DNA of 64,000 bases, from assembly GCF_003918875.1 (NCBI RefSeq), contig NW_025766359.1:806001-870000 (forward strand), in the 5' to 3' direction. Position 1 is the first letter of the stretch. The number at the start of each line of letters is the position of its first letter. The notes under the pieces were generated by a model that saw only the letters and a program-made list of their open reading frames with translations, ran no database searches and was not told where the DNA came from. Below are positions 41,480 to 52,625 of the stretch, one piece after another. Origin of the DNA: Haliotis rubra (taxonomy: Eukaryota). The position numbers and the translations under genes were made by a program.

Positions 41480-43150
41480 GTAAAATTAAACTCACTTACC
41501 CCGTGTACATGTTGGGTGCTATCATGGAGAGAACTTCAACTGGACTAAAGCAAATGAAACTGCCCTAATGCTATATTGAGATAAAACAGAAAACTACTTC
41601 CGTGACACTGAAATTAATAATACCCACTTTGATAGCAATGTAAACTATATTGAGTACTATTGTGAGCAGGCTCTTTACATGCTTCTGCTACCGATAGTAT
41701 TCCATCCACACGCCTTAGACCCTATCTTAAACCTTACTGGAAGAAAGATTGTCTTAATATTCTACATAAAGAAAAGCGAAATTGTCGCCGTCAATGGGTT
41801 ACAAATGGTAAAGTTAGAGATAAAAACGATGCTGTGTATGCAAAATATTAAGAAAGTAAACGTCTCTTTCGTAAGAAACATCGATATGCAAAGCAACAGT
41901 TATGTAAAAATAGATTCGTTAATTCTACGAAGCAGCAGAAGTAGATGTCAAAGACCTTTACAAACAACAAAACGTTAAAAACGCTACAAAGCTAACACGG
42001 AAAAAACTTACCTATGGTTCTCAAACTTGTTACGAGGGAAAAGATATTTGCAATCTGTTTGGACTGTATTTCCATTCACTAGCTACTCCTTGGCCCGATG
42101 TAAAATGTGACTATGTACATATACATAACGATAATCATATACGTGCACTTTGAATACTCAAACAATAACATTAAAACCAGTAATGTATCAATTGGTGATG
42201 TACGTGTTCCCCAAAGAAAATCTATCAAATATGCATGTGTGTACCTCAGGACAGAGAAATCATCACTTGAATGTACAAAATCTGCATGTGAAAAGTTACG
42301 AGTACTCATGAACACTAATCATAATAATGGGTTGTATTTTGGAGGTCTTAACTCTACATCTGCAGCACGGGAGAGGGTATTCTTATCATGTGGCCCCTAT
42401 GGATGCAACGTATTGGATAAACTTCCTCACAAAGAGTATGAAAAGCTTGAAGTTGTACAACGCCCATTTGTTAAAGGTGCAGGGACTACACAGGCACACT
42501 CCCACTTTTGGGCCATTGGCATCATGCCACTACAGTATTACATAGATAAAAGAGCCCTCTACCTATTAGGAAAGTTATGTAATGCAAAGTATAACTGTGA
42601 TTTTAAAGTAATGTTTCTAGTTCGCCGGGGTCAAATTATGAGTACAGATTGTTGTTCATGCAAGGTATGTAGTAGAAAATCTCCGATATATAATATGCTG
42701 CAACTTGTACATAAGTATATAACCTAAGCGATAGAAGGAAGAGACTTTTTATGGATGTCAACTTCTTTATTATGAGGAACACAACGTTTCGGAGTATATC
42801 CAGAGTAAATACGTCTTCATCAAGTGAATGATATAGTTTGCTAACGTCAATAATTGTCAGATTATTAATAAGAGATGCTGTTCTAAGGCCGTAAATGATG
42901 CTATTAACCCACGTCGAGACAATCTATTTTATTTTCATCTTTATTCAAGACTTAGTCTGTCAAAATATGTCAGCAAAGGATCCAGTAATGAACATTATCT
43001 CTGGAAGCTAGCCGTAGAACAGAATGACCAGTTAACTAATATTGCAAGACTTGTATTTTATGGATCATCTGAAATTGTTTCTTGAGAATGTTATTGTAAA
43101 ACTGACGCCAATGATATTGTAAAGCACGTGTTTATGTCATGTACGATCAA
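41480..43150 (+). mobile_element. Degenerate, internally deleted LINE ORF2 relic
   Basis: GENFN, PYWK, RRQWVTNG..Y..SKRLFRK, KYACV, YGC, LEVVQR.FVK, YIDKRALYLLGKL; stops and frameshifts. Boundaries approximate. Confidence 0.65.
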
Positions 43151-43618
43151 TATGAATGACCGAAATGTACTCTTCAATAGGGCTGCGCAATATTACCGGT
43201 AAACCGGTATATACCGGTACGGTATCTCGCGATACGAATATCGCGATATGGTTCACATTCTACAACATAGTGGGTCATCCAGAGTTAGCTCTCTTTGAGT
43301 TATCTGCCCTTGATTTGTATAGTACCAAGTGGCCCCAAACGTGCCAAATATTCTACCAAATGCTTTACGTTTTGTGGGCTTGAATGTTTTCATATATGAC
43401 ATTTTGGAGGAATTAAGTGGCCGCAAATAGATCATTTTTTTAATTGGACTAATAAGCAGAGCTTCTGACTCTGAGTGACCATTTCACAATTCACATTATT
43501 TTGTTATTTTGTTTGCTTCAAAAAGGAACATATGTTATCAATTTATCATAAAGGTCTAATTCTTATACATTTTGTAGGACTGTATAATGACATTCTAGTC
43601 AAGGATCTTAGTTATTGA

Positions 43619-43792
43619 GGGGGCGGTGGGGTAGCCTAGTGGTTAAAGCGTTGGCTCGTCACGCCGAAGACCCGGGTTCGAATCCCCACATGGGTACAAT
43701 GTGTGAAGCCCATTTCTGGTGTCCCCCGCCGTGATGTTGCTGGAATATTGCTAAAAGCGGCGTAAAACCAAAACTCAGTCAGTCAGTCAGTC
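43619..43792 (+). mobile_element. tRNA-derived SINE, family 1 (young copy)
   Basis: tRNA-Asp-like head (ctcgtcacgccgaagacccgggttcgaatcccc), (CAGT)n tail, TSD agttattg. Confidence 0.92.
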
Positions 43793-44095
43793 AGTTATTG
43801 GAGGTCACATGGGATCTCAAGTAGTTCACCTAAATCATGTTTTTGTTTCATTTTGCAATAGTTCATGTTAACACATGTTTATACGGGAGCTGAATATGAA
43901 TGAATCACGGACATACAGTAACAATAATTACATACTGCATTGAAGTGCATTCTGTTGAAGCAAACAACACTGACCATGAAAACCATGTTATACCATTACC
44001 TTTATCATTATGCTCGCAAAACGTTGTTGCCATACTTCAATTAAACATTTCACATTAAGGTTCTATATCATTCTATTTGCATACATCCATACACA

Positions 44096-44267
44096 GGGGG
44101 CGGTGGGGTAGCCTAGTGGCTAAAGCGTTGGCTCGTCACGCCGAGGACCAGCGTTCGAATCCCCACATGGGTACAATGTGTGAAGCCCATTTCTGGTGTC
44201 CCCCGCCGTGATGTTGCTGGAATATTGCTAAAAGCGGCGTAAAACCAAAACTCAGTCAGTCAGTCAG
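44096..44267 (+). mobile_element. tRNA-derived SINE, family 1 (young copy)
   Basis: Nearly identical to the 43619 copy; TSD tccatacaca. Confidence 0.92.
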
Positions 44268-44699
44268 TCCATACACAGTGGGGACGGGGAGCCTGAGAGT
44301 ATGGCGTAACTAAGAAGATGAGCTATTATGAATTAATGATGTACGCACTTGGACAGAAACCTTCCAGTCAATATATCACAATATGTATCTCTTAAATTAT
44401 TGCAATATTCTCAATATTTGAATCAGGGCATTATCCAGCCCTCCCCTGTAACACCATGCGTGATATTCTGGATGTAAATACTTTTTGTTAGGGTCTGGGA
44501 GAAAGATGATGATGTTATTCTTGCGTTTTCACTTGGTGGATGTTCAATAGAATGTATTATGGAAAAAGATGTGTGGGCAGAAGTAATAATTGATGTAAGC
44601 CATTTTATAGGGAAATGGCGATACCTGGTAAACAACTTGTATGTATAGCAACATTGTTGTCTATATCACTAATCCATGTTAATCATTTGCCGTAAATTA

Positions 44700-45456
44700 T
44701 ATTATTACCCACGTGGTCAACGTATGGGTAGTTGCATATTAATCTCGTACGTCACACGAGTGTCGTATCGCGTTGACCTGTGTCGTAACGACTTGACCTG
44801 AAATTCTAACGATTTGATTGGATAACCGATGACCTCTCAATTAGGTCACATTCTGACGTAACTATTTTTTTCATTCATAACAAACACGTGAATTCATTCA
44901 TTCTACAACTTAAATGCATTGTGGAAATGTAAACATTGCGAACGTTGCCGTGTCGCTGTTTAATTGTGAGTCGAACTGAGACATTATATCTGTATAAAAA
45001 CATAAACGCAATGTTTCCACCAGTGATGTTAGCCGAATGAAGCAACTGGAAACCAAGAAACGAGGTGCAACGGAGTAGTTTACTGTAGGAGGCTGTACGA
45101 GGCGATGACAACTGACATGCATCGTGACGTCGGTTACCATGGCAGTGACGTCATTAGTGTGACGTCATGCAAATATTGTACTACAGTACAAAACTCTTCC
45201 GCAACCTCTTTATGAAACCGGTTTCGGTTTGAAACCAAAAACATAACAAAAATACGCTATTTTGTCAATTTTAATGCATGTAAGACGTGGGTAATAAATA
45301 AAATACCACACTCGGTCTCATTACATACGAATTATACGAAACTCGTGACCTTCCTATGTTATCTGACCTCGCTTTCGCTCGGTCAGATACCATAGGAAGG
45401 ACACTCGTTTCGTATAATTCGTATGTAATGAGACCTCGAGTAGTATTCTCTATTTA
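44700..45456. mobile_element. Hairpin-ended non-autonomous DNA element
   Basis: ttattacccacgt (44703) / acgtgggtaataa (45285) inverted pair plus a near-perfect inverted repeat at 45295-45456. Confidence 0.75.
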
Positions 45457-45646
45457 TCACTGCGTATTGCAATCTTCATTCACTTGGAGGATATAGAGAA
45501 TATCCATCTATCATACCCTACAGATCCTGAGATATTTGAATTAAATAATCAAAAAAATAAATAATCATTCATTCTGTAATCTAAATAAATAATGCAATTA
45601 TATGTCACAACAGGAAATGTCCTCGATGGTTAAGTAATAGCTGTGA

Positions 45647-48600
45647 CTATTGTACAACACCAGCTTCTATCAACTGCTTTAGCTGCATGTCGGAATATCC
45701 CAGAATCCCCTGCAGCACTTCCTGTGTGTGTTGTCCGAGGGTTGGAGGGGGACGGGGCATCACTGTCTGGGACAAACTGTATCTTACGGCTGGTCCTGTC
45801 AGTGCGAAAGAAATTAGTTTGTATGTTTATTAAGCAAATTTTATTAAGCGTATACCTTGTAACCGTAGTAATACGAACAACGTTTGTTTGGAGATGTGCG
45901 TTTTAGTGTTTAAGCGAATATCTCAGTTACACCTGGAGGTAAAATAGCACACAGTGACATGTTTGATTATATGAACCGATGAATGTGGTACTATACCCGG
46001 ATTAGGTATGCAGGGGAACTAGTGCACTCATCCAGTAAGGACAGGCTTACCCGGAAATCTGATTGTTCCTGCTGTGGGGTGCTGCACCTCCTGGATCATC
46101 CCATTGTGGACCACCTGCACAGAGAGTAGTGTTACATATATAGCAGCAAACCATGACACTGACCCTCATTTGTAATGCCATCTCATCCAAACTGCCAAAC
46201 ATTTCAGAAGAAAATGTGTATTGGCAATTACACATCTACGATTGATCAGTTCTAATCTATTAATCTAAACTAATCTATTTTGCAACATTGTCTCCTTCCA
46301 TATCGATAAGCTGTTGGGGATATTTCCACTTCCATGAAAGTACTTGAATCGTTCTCCACCGTTCCTTGGACGTCATCGTTCTCGTTGACATTTGTTTTGA
46401 CTGAAATGTTTCTGTTTGGGACTAGATCGTTTGACGAAGATTGAGTGAGAAGGTGTAAAATATTCCAATGTTTTGATTATTGTTTCCCCTTGTTGTTGAA
46501 TTAGCTCCAGACAGGTAGGGGATCCAACACTCAGATACTTTCTTCATAGCCAAGGTTTCTGTGACAATTGAATGTATCTCTTGGGAAACTGACCAGCAAT
46601 AAAACGCTCAGTCACAGTCAGCATCATATTGTGTATTAAATGGGTCATTGCTGGTGTTGCTGACAGACCTACAAGGGTCGTCTTCAAGCTCCTCTTGCCG
46701 TGCTTAGACTCGTCTGTTCGCCTCTTTACAATGGCATAGGATGCGACTTCTTTCCCTGGTACTGCATTGATATCTTAATGAATTGATTTTGGGGAGTCCC
46801 TTTTCACTTGATCATTAAACGTTTACTGTCTTTGTCACAATGAAAGAATTTGCCCAAATACCTTCCTCGCGATATAGCTAGATGACATCTTGTTTCTCTT
46901 TAGCAAAAGATTTCACTATTTCTCTCATCTTCAGCGAGGCTCGTACACATATGTGCGATACACTTACACACAGTATCCATATCCTCGTCATGGCCACTGA
47001 CTAAGGTGTATTGCTCATATTAATCTCATCGTTTACTAGTAGGTACTTATGAAGGAAAATAACACATATCGACATGTTTATACTTTTACCTGAGGATCGG
47101 AGAAGACTTCCTGCATATTGTTGACAGGACCGTATGGTATTCCCGACCCCTCGAGCACCTGCATCCACTGTGAGGAGGTCTTTGTCTCAAACCTAAGTCA
47201 CAATAACAGCGTTAACACTGTATAGTCCATGTCAGCTTTAGCTTTCCTTTATCAAGCATGTACTGGGGTGAAGAGAACATTTAAACTCAATGTGTACGAG
47301 GCTTTGGTAACATCTACGATCACCCTTATGGTAAGAGCAAACTATGTTTTCTGAGTCAGGGATAAAAGATTCGAACTCAGGATCAGTGGAACCTGACATC
47401 ACTAAGGGAGACAGTTCGAGACAGCTAATTATTGTGAATTGACTACCATACGTCCATGATCCCTGATTCCCTGAAACCCACCTTGATACAATTCGTTCCC
47501 TGTTTAATACACCCAAATTCGCCGCTTGTGTTGGCCTTTAGTTAAGGCTGTTTGATAAAGGAAACTCGGGGTAATGGGAAAAACCAATGGTTCAGTAGGT
47601 AATTAGTACAATTTAGTTTGCCGTAACGATAATGAATTCAGGGAATTATAATCTGATAGTGTAGTGCCCACGATGAAGCAAGTAGACAGGTAAAAGCACT
47701 ACGTCACTCCATTGGTCCCTTACCTTCTAACCCATGCATTCCTAGCCTACCACGCCACCTTTCTGGACTCCACACATTTACCTGTTTGCTATCAAAGGCA
47801 GTAATACGTCTCTGTTTGCCACTCTCACTTTGTTTTGTTGGAACCTCTCATCTTCCAGCAACTCTGGTAGGTCCATCCTCTGCAAGAAGTGTCATCCCTT
47901 GAAGCAGTTTTTAAGCCACTGGCGTAGCGTCTAAATAGTACCACCCAAATTGCCCATTTACGGTCTCTGATGGATGTCCTCTACATCATTTACACTCATT
48001 ATGTCCCTAGTAGCTGACAAGGTACAACAGTCTGTGTTCTCACCAAGGCCCACAAGACACTCTTGGTTACAAGAGCCATTTAATGCGCCCTGCCTCATGA
48101 CTTCCCGGTAGTTGAGTTGGCTCTTCAAATTATTATGTTTCTCAGATTCAGTAATATTATCTATAAGTATTGCCGTAACTTTGACCAAGGTGCTAAGAGT
48201 TTACGAATTGTATCATTTGAGATGACCCCTGTGACCACAGCTCACCTTACACAGCAGCTGAAACTGTTTGTCGTTTCCTGCTCCCACCAACATATATTCG
48301 CCGTCTTTGGTCTTGAAAGCCTGTAAGTACATCATCAAAGACGTTGACAGAAACATCAGCTCAACAAGTACCTGAAACATCAACTTGAGACATCCTGAAA
48401 ACCAGACACTGACACACCTGAAACACCAGTACAACTAATCCTGAAACGCCAGTACAACCAAATCCTGAAATTGTGATATCACCAGTCACGAAAACATGAG
48501 AAGAGCTTAAGGGGATACATGTCAACCATTTTGAATAAAACGATAAAGAACACCCAAACCAATACTCTTGGAAACTGTATTGCCATTGCTGTTGCAGAGT

Positions 48601-51600
48601 CGGTCCACAAAACTAAAGTATGAGGTAGCACTCACCTGGTACGGTACAATGCTCTCATGTGCTGTTCCATGCCGTTTCCCCTCAACCCCAGCATTCAGAT
48701 AGTTAGATGCAATGTTCACAAGTGAGGCCACCTACGTATAATGCAGGGACATGTTGTAGCTGACACAGAACATTTAAAATATGGCATGAAGACTGAATAT
48801 GAATCTTCTGAATGGCCACAGTATTTTTGTTGTACTCTCCGGTATGTAATTTTGTGGCGAAAGTTACTGTTCTCTATATATGAACACTGCTTTGCTAAAA
48901 TAACGGGAAAACTTTTTCTCCTGTCACATATTGAACATTTTAACTGCATAATAAAGAAAATATTGAACATAGATTAAAATGTGCAACGTACTTATGAGAA
49001 ACCGTAACAGCATTAACAGTCCCAGGACATTTGGTTCAAATTATTCAAATGCCAGTCAGGTAATGATGTGTATCAATGTGGCAGGAACTGTCTACCCTAA
49101 TTACAAAGAGACGTGATTTTCATGAAAGAAATAGGTCTATTTCTAGAGATAGCAATACTTTAGTATCATTTTTATTTCCGCTGGAACAAGTGGACGGATA
49201 TTTAAGGAATATAAAAGGTATACCTGAGTGGATTAGATTGTCTTTTGATTGTCATATTGTCATTGTTAATTCTGCATGGATACGAGGACGGGTATTTAAG
49301 GAATGTAAACGGTATACCTGAGTGGATAGGAGGTTACAGTCGATGTATTGACCACACCCAGTCTGCTGACGGTGATGTAGTGCAACCATGGTGGCACCAA
49401 ATGCGTACAATCCTGTTGATAAGTCCGTCATTGCCACGCCCACCTTGCAAGGGTCCCCGTCACGTGGTCCTGTGATATTCATCAGACCTCCTACACCTGA
49501 AGCGATGACGTCGTAGCCAGCTCGGGATCTGTATGGTCCTGTTTGACCATATCCTGGAATCATGAAGACGTCTAGCAATATTGAAACCCAATCCTGGAAC
49601 CATGGATATCTACAACGTTATTCAATCCCAGTTCCTCTGACCCTGGTTAAATGTTTTTGTCAATGAATACTTACGACTGACCCGAACCCCAACAGATCAT
49701 TTCTGTCGACACTGGTTCTCTGGTGGAACCATTGATGGAGATCTTTGCTGATGCTCTCATGGCGACAGATGGCAAGATCTTTCTCTTCGTTTTATCATTA
49801 CAATGCTCAACAGATTTCAGTTTGTACATATAAAATAGAATTTAATCATTATCTAACCTCTCATCTCGTCAACAAAACACAGGTCCTGTTTAAACTAGTT
49901 CTATAAACGTCTTACCTGAGATTGAGCAGTATACCAGCCGAGGGACGAGAGCTTTCATGTCATCATATCCAAGACCCATCTCCCCAAGCTTTCCTGGCAG
50001 GTAATTCTCAATCAGCACATCACAGGAACCGGCTAACTGCTTGACAATCTCAGCACCTTTCGGGGTTTTCAAGTCAACGCCTATACTCTGCAACTCAGAG
50101 AAAAGGCATCAGAAGAGACAATCTCAATCGCTTTCGGTTTCTTCAGGTCAACTGCTATACTGCGAAAATACAAAGAAAATACATCTGTAGTGAGAGCACA
50201 CTTCAAACTAACCTTTTTGTTTCTGTTAACAGAAAGGAAGTATGCACTTTCTGTACCCTTGAAGGGAGGTCCCCAGCTCCTCGTATCATCCCCCGCACCT
50301 GTAACAATTGGTAGTCAATAAGAGTCATGTGAGGTTGTCGGGGGATGTCTGATAGTTCGTGGGACCACGATGGAGCACTGGAAATATAAGTCACCTAAGA
50401 GATGGGATGTCCAAGTGAACATAGAAAATGGTGTACCAATGACTCCCAGCACATGTTATGTTTCAAATTTCACTAAGCTCAGGATTTTACTCTGAGCTGG
50501 AGAACTACATATAGATATATATGTGACTGCTAACACGCACCTGGCCGTTCAACTTTGATCACATCTGCTCCTAGGTCGGCGAACAACATGGTACAGTACG
50601 GTCCTGCTAGGACCCTGTAACAAGGTATAGAACATGAGCACATCACACACAGCAGTCATGGCCTATCAGCACACAGTACGGTCTTCCTAGAACACTGTAA
50701 GGGGATACACAGCAACCGGTACAACTCGGCTAGAACACCATGCACTATTACACTGGTAGAACACTGATAAAAGAGGTCTGAGCTGCAGATCAAGGCATCT
50801 CAGTATGGCACACATAGAACATCAAACAGTACGACCCCCGCCAGAAACCAACAGTACGATCCTGAAAGATTTTGTTTTGTTTGGTTGTTGTTTAATGCCG
50901 CACTCAGCAATATTCCAGCCATATGGCAGCGGTCTGTAAATAATGGAGTCTGGACCAGACAATCCACTGTGAATCCACTGTTCAGCAGCATGAACATCGA
51001 TCTACGCAACTGGGATACGATGACATGTGTCAACCAAGTCAGCGAGCAGGACCACCCGATCCCGTTAGTCGTTTCTTACTGAAAACCAATTCTAACCTGG
51101 ATCTTCACGGGTTCGATCCGGCAAGACCACCAATCAGTACGACACTGCCAGTAAAAGAAAACACTGCGACCCTGTCAGAGTGAGTGAGTTTAGTTTTACG
51201 CCACACTCAACAATATTCCAGGTATATGGCAGAGGTCTGTACATAATCAAGTCTGGGCCAGACAATCCAGTGATCAACAGCATGAACATCGATCTACGCA
51301 ATTGGGATACGATGGCATTGTGTCAACCATGTAAGCGAGCCTGACCACCCGATCCCGGTAGCCGCCTCTTACGACATGCATGGGTTCCTGAAGATCAATT
51401 CCAACCCGGATCTTCACGGGTTTGACCCTGTCGGAACACTGCCAGAATGTTAAATACCATGGCCCTACCAGAACAATACAGAGTACGACCTTGCCAAAAC
51501 TTCAAACAGCACGACCCTGATATAGCATCACAAAGTATGATCATGCCAAAACATAACAGAAAATCGGATAATAACACAGTATGGACCTGCTAGAATACAA

Positions 51601-52625
51601 CAATACCAGAATAAACATCAGCACAGAACCTGCCCGGACATGAAACATTATGACCCTGCTATAACATCCCTCAGTACAACTGTACAGCACTGCCGAACAT
51701 GAAACGTTATGACCCTGCTATAACATCCCTCAGTACAACTGTACAACACTGCCGAACATGAAACATTATGACCCTGCTATAACATCCCTCAGTACAACTG
51801 TACAACACTGCCCGGACATGAAACATTATGACCCTGCTATAACATCCCTCAGTACAACTGTACAATACTACCCGGACATGAAACATTATGACCCTGCTAT
51901 TACATCCCTCAGTACAACTGTACAACACTGCCCGGACATGAAACATTATGACCCTGCTATAACATCCCTCAGTACAACTGTACAGCACTGCCGAACATGA
52001 AACGTTCTGACCCTGCTATAACATCCCTCAGTACAACTGTACAACACTGCCGGAGCATGAAACACTGTACGAACGGTCCTGACAGAGGTGAGATGAGGTG
52101 AGATTGGGTTTAACGTCGTGCTTGGAAATATTTCGCTCATATTTCGACGTGCATGCGTGTGTATGTGCGGCTGCTTGTTCTAGCCCAGACTTAAGCTGGC
52201 TTTATAGTGCTAGCCCACTGAGATACCATGCCGCAGTGAAGCAGGAATACCCCACTCAGACACATTATACTGACTCCGAGCCGACCAGTCCTTGTTGTAC
52301 CCATAAATGCCGAGCGCCAGGCAGGGACCAACAAGTACCATATTTAAACGTCTTTTGGTATGACGCGGCCGGGGATCGAACCCACGACCATGCGCTCTGC
52401 GGGCGGACGCTCTAACCACTACACCACGGGGGCGGTCTCCTGACAGACATCAACGTATACTATTCAGGAAATGTGAAAAAAACAAACGAAAAAGGACAGT
52501 AAATTGTCTAACTCTGCATAGACATCTCATGCTCATTTACCTGGTAAGATCTAGAATTCGTATTCCTTCCAGTGGACTTCTTCGTTCCGACTGATGTGAT
52601 GCGGTTGTTAGGAATTTTCTTGTAA
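45647..52625 (-). CDS. SUGCT: Succinate--hydroxymethylglutarate CoA-transferase (class III CoA-transferase), copy 2; N-terminal exon not resolved
   Basis: Exons 52625-52541, 50614-50541, 50298-50213, 50087-49916, 49553-49318, 48731-48636, 48320-48246, 47879-47782, 47192-47090, 46114-46051, 45795-45647; all GT-AG, in frame, same motifs as copy 1. Confidence 0.92.
46470..46840 (-). mobile_element. Mariner transposase N-terminal relic
   Basis: [35 protein letters not shown] and [22 protein letters not shown] match mariner SY.TVKRW..F..GR.SLEDDPR and LGMRKVSARWVP; absent from SUGCT copy 1. Confidence 0.7.
50870..51111 (-). mobile_element. SINE family 3 (V-SINE-like) copy
   Basis: Minus strand cccgtgaagatcc...gtaagaaacgactaacgggatcgggtgg...ctggaatattgctgagtgcggcattaaac. 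Confidence 0.8.
51178..51420 (-). mobile_element. SINE family 3 (V-SINE-like) copy
   Basis: Second copy with gtaagaggcggcta and tail ggcgtaaaactaaactcactc. Confidence 0.8.
51631..52066. repeat. Minisatellite, 59-60 bp unit, about 7 copies
   Basis: ccggacatgaaacattatgaccctgctataacatccctcagtacaactgtacaacactg. Confidence 0.95.
52087..52437 (-). mobile_element. tRNA-derived SINE, family 2 (MetaSINE-like), full length
   Basis: A and B boxes, central cataccaaaagacgtt..aatatggtacttg..ccctgcctggcgctcggca, (CACCT)n-like tail; TSD tcctgacaga; empty site in SUGCT copy 1 (~38316). Confidence 0.9.

Larger units (their letters stand above)
43179..44442. mobile_element. Possible hAT-like non-autonomous element hosting two SINEs
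   Basis: Left end tagggctgcgcaatatt followed by accggt/cgata palindromic subterminal repeats; right end caatatt repeats and cagccct. Confidence 0.4.

Noticed and set aside
43619-43690. tRNA genes (also 44096, 52370-52437, 59265)
   Set aside because: No paired acceptor stem; they continue into SINE bodies with tails and TSDs.
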